From positions 5,894 through 69,893 of the IMG/VR virus record IMGVR_UViG_3300012211_000003: a DNA stretch of 64,000 nt. One strand, written 5' to 3'. This stretch comes from a virus. A program made the translations under genes and the position numbers. The notes beneath the pieces are model-generated. The model did no database searches and was not told the origin of the DNA. It saw only the letters and a list, made by a program, of their open reading frames with translations. This document shows positions 8,840 to 19,000 of this stretch, in pieces (the stretch's first letter is position 1; each line of letters starts with the position of its first letter).

Positions 8840-10680
8840 TTCGAACAACTCTGATCCTGTCGATGCTCTTTGGAGGAGTCTTAATGCCGACGTTTGTTGC
8901 GAGAAATATCCAGCCCACAATCTTACAGCCGAACCTCGTCGCACAATGGAGTTTCGTCGAAGGGTTCAATCAGTGGTCGCTCAACAAGGCCGGGGCATCT
9001 GGGTATCCAGTTAACATCTTTGGCGCGTATAGCGAACAGCTTACCCAGACTCTCGACTCCCCGACGCAGCAATGGTCCCAGCCCGGCACGACACTGACTG
9101 ACTTTTACGGCGGGACGACTGATCCGAATGGAAACAACTCGGCAACTCGGGTTCAGATGATATCCGGCTCGGGGTCAGCGCTCTATCTTACTTTGACCCT
9201 GGCCAACGTCGCCTACACCCTTTCTGTTTATGTCAAATCAAATACCGGCTCGTCTCAGGCGATTAGAATGGGTAACGCTGCCTCGCCGGGCACTGATAAA
9301 ACCGTCACGACATCATGGACGCGAGTTTCACAGACGTTCACCCCATCGGCAGGAAGCAATATAGTAGGAATCCTAAACGATACCGCACTCGACGTTTTGG
9401 ACATCTCAGTCTATGGGTTTCAGCTTGAACTCGGTAGTTCGCCAACAGCCTATCCCCTGCCAATAGCCGACCTGATGCTGGGTTCGCAATCTTACGTGGA
9501 CGCGAACGATCCGACGTGGAACGCGACCGGACTTACCCATGGCGCGTCGGTTTACACTCACGGAATCAGTACCGCCCCATTGACCTTTTCAAATATCACC
9601 GTTTATAGCGTCTTCAAGAAATCACCCGGCACGGATTCACCCGGTTTCTTTGAGCCGATACTGACAAGCGAAGCGCCCGGTTACAAGATCGTGATGGAAT
9701 CGCGTGACAGTCTAAACGCAGGAACAGCCGCTAATAGCGTGGGGCCCGGTTTTGGCTTTGGTTTTGGTGGGGGCGCGCCTCCGGTGAAAGTCGCCAATGC
9801 CAGCGGCGTGAAAGTTGATGACGGGGCTTGGCATGTGTTCGCGGCAACATATGATGGGGCAAATATAAAACTGTACTTCGACGGCACTCAGGTAGCACAG
9901 CAACCGCTTGTAGTCGGCTCACAAACGGTTCATCGATTTTACACTGGAATATTCGAGCAGATCGCATCGGCTACAAATTATTTTCCCGGTACGCTTGGCA
10001 ATATTGCGATTTACTCAGCCGCCCATTCAACCGCGCAGATCCAGCAAAACACCACGACGTTACAAGGAGTTATGGCCTATCGCGGTATCTGTATGCCAGC
10101 GCCGACGCAATTTATAGGAATCGAAGGCGATTCAATTGCTGCCGGTCTTGGGCTGACTCAGGCGCAACGATGGTCATGGCTGATGCTCCAGTCGATCACG
10201 CCGGTTGTCCAGCAATGGAATGATGCGGTGGGTGGTTCAACAGTAGCGAATGCCACTGCCCGCACTGCGGTTTTTAATCAAGCGATCAACCTGAGCACAC
10301 CGCGCCGACTGCTGGTAGTTGAACTGGGCGCAAATGATATAACTGGCGCGGCCGGTACGGGGCTCGCATTTGTCGCGGCTCTGAAGACCTACTGCATCGC
10401 CCAGCGTGCGGCTGGGTGGAATAAGATCGTGGTCGTTCCTGTGTTGCCAAGGGGAGACATATCAGGCTTCAACACAGAACGAAATATAGCAAACGTGGCA
10501 ATCGCGGCTGACCCATCGTTCTACGACGCCCTGGCTGTGATAAATCCAACAATGATGGCCGACAGCGCGCCAAGCAATGCAACATTATATCAACCCGATT
10601 TGGTGCATCCGACGGCGCTCGGTAATTCGACTTATCTATGGCCGGGAATTCAGGTATCGGTAATTCCGCTACTTCCCTAG
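8836..10680 (+). CDS. Spike/receptor-binding protein: CBM-like domain + LamG/ConA-like domain + SGNH/GDSL esterase
   Basis: YTLSVYVK...WTRVS...YGFQLELGSSPTAY; DDGAWHVFAATYDG...LYFDG; GDSI, GAND and DLVHP SGNH motifs; second in-frame start at ATG 8884. Confidence 0.8.
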   Translation: MIRTTLILSMLFGGVLMPTFVARNIQPTILQPNLVAQWSFVEGFNQWSLNKAGASGYPVNIFGAYSEQLTQTLDSPTQQWSQPGTTLTDFYGGTTDPNGNNSATRVQMISGSGSALYLTLTLANVAYTLSVYVKSNTGSSQAIRMGNAASPGTDKTVTTSWTRVSQTFTPSAGSNIVGILNDTALDVLDISVYGFQLELGSSPTAYPLPIADLMLGSQSYVDANDPTWNATGLTHGASVYTHGISTAPLTFSNITVYSVFKKSPGTDSPGFFEPILTSEAPGYKIVMESRDSLNAGTAANSVGPGFGFGFGGGAPPVKVANASGVKVDDGAWHVFAATYDGANIKLYFDGTQVAQQPLVVGSQTVHRFYTGIFEQIASATNYFPGTLGNIAIYSAAHSTAQIQQNTTTLQGVMAYRGICMPAPTQFIGIEGDSIAAGLGLTQAQRWSWLMLQSITPVVQQWNDAVGGSTVANATARTAVFNQAINLSTPRRLLVVELGANDITGAAGTGLAFVAALKTYCIAQRAAGWNKIVVVPVLPRGDISGFNTERNIANVAIAADPSFYDALAVINPTMMADSAPSNATLYQPDLVHPTALGNSTYLWPGIQVSVIPLLP

Positions 10681-11241
10681 CTAAGAGATTGCAGGTAAAA
10701 CGTGTACGTTCCCAACCAGATAATTCGCGATGACCAACAGGTCGGTAGCAGTTACCGCTCCGTCATAATTGACATCGGCGGCGGCTCTCTGGTCGGCGGT
10801 CAACGTGACATTTCCAACCAGCGCATTCGAGAGGGCCAGCAGGTCGGTGACGGTAACAAATCCGTCGCCGTTCAAATCACCGTACCGGGTAAACTGAGGA
10901 ACTGGATGCGGAAGGCCACCGGATATTGGCAGACTTGTGTTACTGATGTGTCCGGCAAGCAACAGTTGCAGGGTCACCAGATCGTTGTTATCCAGATAGT
11001 CACTGTCTGTGTAGCCGCGATAGAGATTTGCCAGCGGGTAATATTCGGAAAGGGTCAGATGGCTGATGACCATCGACTGAAGCCTGATGGCGTCGGCGGC
11101 ATCAACGGTTCCAGACATATCGACATCGCCCCAGCGGGAAGGATCGACACAGGAACAGTCTTGAGCGTTTACTGAAGTGTGATTGACGGAAACGAAAATG
11201 AACAGGGCAAATACGGAAAGGATCAGCCTGAATTTATGCAC
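10681..11241 (-). CDS. Secreted protein with two dockerin type I (paired EF-hand-like) domains
   Basis: Signal peptide ...VNA|Q; GDVDMSGTVDAADA and GDLNGDGFVTVTDL...ADVNYDGAVTATDL. Confidence 0.85.
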   Translation of the reverse strand: MHKFRLILSVFALFIFVSVNHTSVNAQDCSCVDPSRWGDVDMSGTVDAADAIRLQSMVISHLTLSEYYPLANLYRGYTDSDYLDNNDLVTLQLLLAGHISNTSLPISGGLPHPVPQFTRYGDLNGDGFVTVTDLLALSNALVGNVTLTADQRAAADVNYDGAVTATDLLVIANYLVGNVHVLPAIS

Positions 11242-11387
11242 TGGAATTGTCCTTTTGGTGATTTTGCTCCCTCAAGCAGCCTGGGTTATATCAAAAGATT
11301 ATTCCACTGTCAGTAAGGAATCATACACAGGTGATTATGTGCCAGAAAAGTTACAAGGCGTGTTAAAGTGATGACAAAGGAGCATCT

Positions 11388-11702
11388 ATGAAACCACAAT
11401 ACAGAGCAACGGCATTCGTCTTACTAATCGCGCTCATCTTGCTGGCAGGTGTTTTTCTGAAGATCATCGCACAGGAAAAGCCAAAGGGCATCGCCGTCAA
11501 ATCCGAAGAGCGTAAAGTCACGGCAGTCGATTTCAAACCGGGTGACGCAGCCCAACTCGCGTTATTGCGTGTCCAACGACAGGAAATCGACAAGCAAATC
11601 AGCGGGATTCTTCAAAGTTATAATCTCGACGGCTCGGAGATCGTGACCGATGCGCGGGGTAACTGGACAGGCTTGAAGATGCCGGAAGTCAAGAAACAGT
11701 AA
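11388..11702 (+). CDS. Membrane-anchored or exported coiled-coil protein
   Basis: AAGGAG SD; N-terminal hydrophobic helix. Confidence 0.65.
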   Translation: MKPQYRATAFVLLIALILLAGVFLKIIAQEKPKGIAVKSEERKVTAVDFKPGDAAQLALLRVQRQEIDKQISGILQSYNLDGSEIVTDARGNWTGLKMPEVKKQ

Positions 11703-11711
11703 GAGGGCACT

Positions 11712-13037
11712 GTGGCATTCAGCGTACCAGCCGATTTAGCAGCCAATCTCCAATCGATGACGCGCAAACGTCGGGTAACTGATCCGGCGACACCGGATGT
11801 GAGTCAGGCCTATCCGAACGTCAACGACGACCAATCGGAAGTGCAGAACTACCAGTCAATGCCTGCGTCCTACCCTTCGGTGACGGCTCTTCCGGCAATG
11901 ACTCCACCGGGAACAGCGGCGACTGATACGACTTCGGGTGTCCCAATGCCAGCGCTCCCTGGCGCAAATCCATACTCGCAGTTTCCAGCAGGACCGGCGC
12001 CACAAGACCCGAATGTTCCAGTTCAGCCAAATAGAAGCGATGCGATTTACAACGACAAATTCAGTCGGAAGCGCGGGTTCGTCGAAGGTCTGATGCGCGG
12101 ACTGGCAACTGGAAATCCATTAGCAGGTGTGATCGAGGGCGGAATCGGAGCGGCATCGAAACGTATCGGCGGCGACATGGCCTATCAGCACGATTTCGGT
12201 AATTACGCCAACACCAGAATGACCCAGTTGAAGCTGGAGGATGCTGACCCGAACCTACGTCATCAACTTCAGATGGATACCCTGAAACAGCAGATGAACA
12301 ATCTGATTACTCGCACGGGTGCCATTGGGGATATTCAGACGAAGAACAAAGAAGCGCTACAGGACAACGCGGCGGGTAACAAGGCGACCTTCGCAACTGA
12401 AATATCCGGACCCCAGCGATTAGCAGAAATTAAGGCTCGCGTTGAAGGTCAAAAGGGTGTCAAGGAATTGGCGGGCCAGATAAAGGCGTCGGGTAAACTG
12501 GACGAAGCGACCGCTCTTTTCAAAGCAATGGGATTCGATGATGTGACGGCGAAAGCCCACGCGACACAATACCTGAATGGAGTCAATGAGGCTGGATACG
12601 AGAAGCTGTTGGCACAGGCCGACCAGGCCGGGGCGACCGCAGACTTGAGAGACAAACAGGCGGCAAACGTCGGACAGGGTAAGCCAGCAAACGGATTGAC
12701 TGCGAATAAGAGCTTGGATGTCGATCTAAAAGAAACGAATGATACACTGAAGGCTCTCAACGCGGAGGAGGCGGCTCTTGGAAAACAACGGAACACGATG
12801 TCGCCTACGCAGTACCAGACCAAGCTGAAAGACATTGCTGACAGGAAGGTTGCGGCACACGCCAAGTATAGCGAGATCGTCAACCAGCACCGACAGCCAG
12901 CGGCCGGGGTGACACGGCCATCTGGGAAGAGTCCGTATCCCAAAGGACAGGTAGTCACAAAAGGTGATGGCACGAAGATGGTATCAACTGGCGAACTCGG
13001 GCCAAACGGTAAACCGACATTTATTCCGCAACAATGA
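11712..13037 (+). CDS. Putative ejection / internal virion protein
   Basis: GAGGG then GTG; Pro-rich N-terminus, Gly-rich hydrophobic patch and long helical body; lies directly before the giant protein. Confidence 0.6.
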   Translation: MAFSVPADLAANLQSMTRKRRVTDPATPDVSQAYPNVNDDQSEVQNYQSMPASYPSVTALPAMTPPGTAATDTTSGVPMPALPGANPYSQFPAGPAPQDPNVPVQPNRSDAIYNDKFSRKRGFVEGLMRGLATGNPLAGVIEGGIGAASKRIGGDMAYQHDFGNYANTRMTQLKLEDADPNLRHQLQMDTLKQQMNNLITRTGAIGDIQTKNKEALQDNAAGNKATFATEISGPQRLAEIKARVEGQKGVKELAGQIKASGKLDEATALFKAMGFDDVTAKAHATQYLNGVNEAGYEKLLAQADQAGATADLRDKQAANVGQGKPANGLTANKSLDVDLKETNDTLKALNAEEAALGKQRNTMSPTQYQTKLKDIADRKVAAHAKYSEIVNQHRQPAAGVTRPSGKSPYPKGQVVTKGDGTKMVSTGELGPNGKPTFIPQQ

Positions 13038-13043
13038 AACACA

Positions 13044-16000
13044 ATGCTTTTAGATCCAGTCGAATTAGACCCGTCCGAAATACAGCAGGACAAGCCGGTC
13101 GCGCCACCAAAGCCCGAACCGGTGGAACTCGATTCGTCTGAAATCTCTACTCCCGACCTAAAGGACCCGCAGGAACTCGTCAAAAGATACGCCACCGAGC
13201 GCGGGATTGACCCTGGGATTGCTCATCGATGGGCGACACAGGAGTCTGGTTACAATCAAAAAGCGATCAGTCCGAAAGGCGCGATCGGTGTCACTCAGTT
13301 GATGCCGAATACCGCAGCCCGTCTCGGTGTCGACCCCCACGACCTACAGCAGAACATTGAAGGGGGCACTCGTGAATTACGGAGATTGATCGATAAATAT
13401 GGCGGCGATCAGCGAATGGCCCTAGCTGCGTATAATGCGGGAGAGGGCGCGGTTGATTCCCACGGCGGCATTCCTCCCTATAAAGAAACCCAGGACTATG
13501 TGAATACCATCGCTGGCAAGCAAGCGAAACCCGTTGAGGTTGATCCATCAGAAATAACAACGAAACCTATCGAACTCGACCCAAGCGAATTCACGGTTGA
13601 GCAACCAGAAGCAGCGCAACCAGCACAGGCGAGTCCATTCACAGCCGCCAATCGTCCGGGATTTGGTCATCCAGCTCAGTCACAGAGTCCATTTAACGCG
13701 GCGAATCGCCCAGGGTTTGCACCACCAAAGCCCGGCAGCGTTCCCGATGTGTTGTCACGGTTGCAGAGTCCGACGACCGGGCAGGAGGTAGGTTCAGTCA
13801 GCGGTCGGCCAACCGCAACGCCACACCAGGGACAAGGTATTCAGACGCCAGTCGGCCAGCGGAATAATCTTTACGAAGTTCCAGAACAGACACAGGCTCG
13901 AGTAAAGATCGAACGAAACTCGGCACTGATGGAGGCAGCAACGGCTGCAACACCAGAAGCACGACGAGCGGCAATTGTTAAGCTCGCGGGTTATGGTCCT
14001 CTGAGCGACGAAGAGAAGCGAACGCTCGGCGTCGGTCAAAATGATGCTCTTGGTTACGCCAGCAGTTTCGGAACAGGTGTTGCCGATACTGGATTATCGG
14101 CACTCGGTGCGGTCGGTCGCGTACTATCCACACCGGGAATACCGGGAACTCAGGGCGTCGGACAATCAATATCGGATTTCGCCGATAATCGCCGTAAGGA
14201 AGTTGATGCCCTTGCGAACGTCTTCAACAAAGAGAATGTCAGCGGTCACGCTCTGAACACGGCTGGCAGGGTAGCGCCACAGTTATTAGCCGCAGTTGCC
14301 GCGGCCCCTGAGACACTGGCGGCAAAGATCGCGTATTGGGACGCGACGACCGCAGCCCTCGGCTTCGGTAGGGGTGAAACACCAGAGCAATACATCAAAG
14401 AAGGACTGGCTGCAACGCCGATGGTTGTCGGTTCTGAGGCATTCGCGGCTGTCGGTGAATCACTAGCGCCGGCAGTGGCAAAAGCTTTGGGCAACGGACC
14501 AACCACGCTGTTCGTATCTAAACAGGTTCCGATGATGGTCTCGATCTTCGGTAATGCTCCAACCCAGGGAATGCTGGTCAGGGTTGCTGGCGGCGACGAG
14601 CAAGCAGCGACTTCGGCCGTTGCCCTCTCGGTGTTCATGGGCTTGCTTCATGCCAAACTTCCGACTGACGTAGAATATGGTAAAGCGGCCCTTGAAAATC
14701 TCCGCGCGGCAGACGAGTCTGCGGGAAACACCAGATTTGCGGATTTAACGGAGAAGCTGGCCGATGTCGCCAACCGCACAGGTGAAGACCCACAAGCGGC
14801 AGAGCACTTTGCAGCCCGGACGGTTGACGAGGCTCGACGCGGTGGCGAAACGGCGATCAGGAACCTTGAGAACATTTTCAAGGATGTCGGGGAATTACCA
14901 CCAGCGGAAGGACCAGCCGCACAGGACGCACAGCCTGGCGCTCCAGTCGTTCCCAGTTCTCCGGCCGGAACTCCGGTTACCCAACCAGAACAATTAACTG
15001 GCAACCGCGCGTTCTGGGAGATGACGAAGCAGGAAGTTCAAGACCGCGCAGGTGGAGCTGTCGCGCCTGAAATGCTCGCCCAGATGCACGAAGACTCGGT
15101 TAGAGATGCGCTCGCTCGTGGTGAAATCGTGCCTCCGCAGGTACTCGCCGAATTCCCTGAACTTCAATCGAGATCGGCGTCGTCAGTAGCTCCTGAATCG
15201 GCAGCGGTGCCTACTCAAGAGTCTACGACGGCGCCAGAAGATCAGCGACTGCCCGGCCATAAGCTACTCAACGACAATGGAATCATTGATGCCCAGATTC
15301 GACAGATGACACCTGAAGAGGTCAGTCAGAAGCTTAACAAGATTCGCTTAGGTGTCGAACCAGCGACAACCCCAGCCGAGAGTCAGGCAATCGACCGGCA
15401 GGTTCAACGGCTATCGAAACAGGGTGTCAAAGACTTCAGCCCGACCGAAACGTATGGTGAAGAACCGGTGAACGACCGTCGCGCGGAATCCAGAGGACCA
15501 GACAGGCGCGGAGAGGATCGGCGGCAGGCGGAAGGCCTTGGACCAGGTGGCGAAGAACGACGTATAGGGCCACGTCGAACCCAGATCAAGAATATGACGC
15601 TGGACGAAGCCCGGCAAGCGGCGGGAATCAGCAAAAAGACCGGGTTGCCAAACTATGAAGTATTTCACGACGACCAGCAGGATATGCAGCAGTCGCACCC
15701 GCACGTAGGATACGCCGATATTGACGGATTCAAAGCTTATAACCATATACTCGGTCACAAGGGAGTCGATGAATCTGTTCTGCCAGCAGTCGGTGCGGTC
15801 TTCAGGGAGTCGGCGGCGCAAGAGCCAGAAGGCAGCGTAAAGGTTTACCACAGGTCCGGCGATGAATTCTTATTCAGGTCTGATGACCCAGCGCGTGTCT
15901 CGCGGATTGTCGAGCGTGCGAACAAAGTTCTCGATGATATGACGTTCACCTATCAGACCCCAGGTGGCAAGATACTCACAACGAAAGGACTGGGATTTAG

Positions 16001-19000
16001 TCATGGCACAGGATCAGACGAAGACGAGGCTGAAGCTGCGGCCAATCTCGACAAACAGGTCAGGAAAGCAGCAGGACTCAGGACTGGCGAACGAGACATC
16101 CCCGACGTGGGCACAGGGAGTGCCACCGGGGAGCAAGTTGCTCAAGGTAACGTTACCAAACGGAAAGACGTATCCAGCGAAGTAAAGGAGGAAGGCAATG
16201 CCGTTAAACCCACAGAAAACAAAGGCCGCGTTTCAACAGAACATGAGGGAACTGAACAAAGGCCCGCACCACCGGGCAATGAGCCGCAAGTACGGAGAGC
16301 AAAAAGCGAGCAAAATAGACGCGGCGATCAGTTACAAGGAGCAGGAGAAAAAACCGAAGTAAAGCAACCTTGGCAGATGACGCGCAAGGAATTCCGAAAC
16401 AAATACTGGGTGCATTTCGATCTTCGTCCAGATCCAGAATCTCGCGTTGACGAGATGATGAAAGGCATCAAGAGCGGATGGGGAAGCCCTGACCTGAACT
16501 TTGAAAAGCGTGCGGATTTGCCAGAACGGGCACCAGCACGCGGATGGTCGACCTCTACCGGACAGGACAAGGCTGGAAATCGCGCCTATGTCCTTCCACA
16601 AAGCGCACTGAAGTCAAATGGTCGAGGATTCAAACCCGGAACTGTGCCGGTCGCTACGACTGTTTTACAACGAGAAGGCCAGTCAGTCCATCATCGATTG
16701 ATCGAGGAAGCCTTGGAGCGCGGCGACAATGTTCCAGAAAAGGTTTTGGCTGAGTATCCAGACCTTCAGGGGAAAGCGAGGAAACCAGATGAGGAAAGTC
16801 AGAATCAGGGGATCAGCCCCGAAGTTGCCGAGAATTTCAAGCCTCTCGAAGCCGAAGTCACAAGACCCGACTCCGTTCTTAGACAGCACATTGACGCAAC
16901 CATCAGCAATCCCAGCGTCGATAATAGAACAGCGCTCCACGACGCCGCAGTCGAAGAACTTGGGCACGTCGAAGACCCAGCCGTTCGAGAACAGCACGCG
17001 GCCGCAATCGTCGATGAAGTCGTCGATAGATCAGAGTCTGGCGATACTGAAGGGCGCACAGAAGAGACTGAGCCGGAATCCATAACCTATCGCTATCAAG
17101 CTGCTGATACTGGAAAACGTGGACATCATACGGTCGAAGGTAAGCCCGTCACGATTCCCGGATTTGAGCAATTCGACCTCTATATATACCGGACTGAGGG
17201 CGGAAAGGGACTACCCGATTCATGGTCGGTAAACGAAGGAACAACCGGTTCTCGCATCGCCAAGGCTTTCAGCGAAGAACAGGCGATTGAACACGCGACG
17301 GCGACCCTTAAGAAAGCGGGCGTCGATGGCTTTAAAAAGGTTATTGCCGATTGGATAGAGAAACACGGAACGATCAAGGGCTACGCTCCACCAGCAAAGA
17401 GACAGCCGTTTAAGACACCTGAGAAACCAGTGCTTCCACCCGACCAGAGATACTATATCGCCTCAAAAACTGGAACCTTCGAGGAGGTGGAAGGCAAACG
17501 ATTCACGATACCAGAGCATCCCGACCTGGACGTATTCACTCATCGTAGCAGGTCTGGACAAAGCTGGATGGCGAGCGAAGGCACGACAGGCCACGCAATC
17601 ACCGACTACACCCCGACTATCAAAGACGCAAAACAGGAAGCCGCTTTCACCGTCGAGCGAATGGGCATCGACAAGTTCCGCTCCTCAATCGCGGATACGC
17701 TTGAAAAGAACGGCGGAACTCCGCGTTATAAGTCGGTTGACACAAGACCCAAAGAGCCTACAATAGAACCAACGGAGGCTACTAATGAGCCAGCCACAAC
17801 GCAAACTCGGCCCCCTCGGACGAATGGCAAAACGCCACTGGGAGCAAAACCTACCGAACAAGTACCAGGAACTGCAACACCAGGGCGGACTAAAAGAGGC
17901 ACTACTGAGCGCCCAGGAGAGAGCGAAGGACCAGTTCGCCGACCGAGTGAGCAAGGGTCAGAACCCGGAACAGGCGAGGGAGCAGGCGTTGGCCGACCAC
18001 ATACTACTGAAACCGGAGAGCGACCAGCCGGAACCGTGGGAGAAGGAACGGGCGAACGACCAGATGCAACAGGCAGTCGACCAGTCGCTGAAGTCATCGA
18101 AGAAACGGCGCCACTCGGCGGGTACCGGCCCGCAGCCCCAAAACACGCCGGAGATTTCTACCTAGACGATCCTGCGCTGATTACCAGTGGCGGAGCAAAA
18201 ACAAAGCTGCAGCGTAACATCGCGGCAATTCGACTTGTCCGGAACATCACGGCAGAGGGACGACCAGCGACCGCCGAAGAACAGAAGATACTCGCGCAGT
18301 TCACGGGGTTTGGTCAATTCCCAGCGGTTTTCAATCAATACGCACCTGAAGGAAAAGAGTATTCCAAAGAGCGCGACATCATCTTAGGCAAAGGTGATGA
18401 GCCTGGATTGCTGGAAGGCCCCGAACTCGCGGCCGCCAAGCGCTCGACCTTGAATGCTCACTACACATCCCCAGAAGTCGTCAAACGAATGTGGGACATT
18501 GCCCGGCGTCTCGGGTTCGACGGCGGTCGAGTACTCGAACCATCAATGGGCATCGGTAACTTCTTTGCGCTTATGCCCCGTGATCTGCATGGCAAATCGA
18601 GATTGACAGGTATCGAACTCGATCAGATGACCGGACAGATGGCGCGATTGCTCTACCCGGAATCGAATATCCAGATCAAAGGTTTTGAGAAGCACAACAT
18701 ACCGGACAACTTCTATGACTTTGCAATCGGCAACGTTCCTTTTGGTGACTACAAGATAAACGACAAGGATTACAATCGCTTCCAAGCAAACATTCACGAT
18801 TACTTTTTCCTTCGGTCGCTGGACAAGGTTCGACCCGGGGGATTGTTGATGTTCATCACGTCAACCGGAACGCTGGATAAACTCGATTCAAAGATTCGTG
18901 ATGCACTTGTCGATAAAGCCGATCTGGTCGGGGCAATGCGCTTTCCAGAAAACACGTTTCAGGAATCAGCGGGAACGGCGGTCGTTACCGACCTGATCAT

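Noticed and set aside
2752-12449. Long antisense ORFs over the structural genes (2752-3543, 5668-6129, 6314-6898 and others) and the plus-strand ORF 10702-11175
   Set aside because: These are shadows of strongly coding frames with no motifs. The dockerin gene on the minus strand explains 10702-11175.
15964-16185. Third +1-frame ORF ending just before the SD of the nested 54-aa gene (...GVPPGSKLLKVTLPNGKTYPAK)
   Set aside because: The C-terminal part looks protein-like, but there is no well-placed SD plus start and the 5' half overlaps the constrained GGDEF domain. It remains a weak possibility only.
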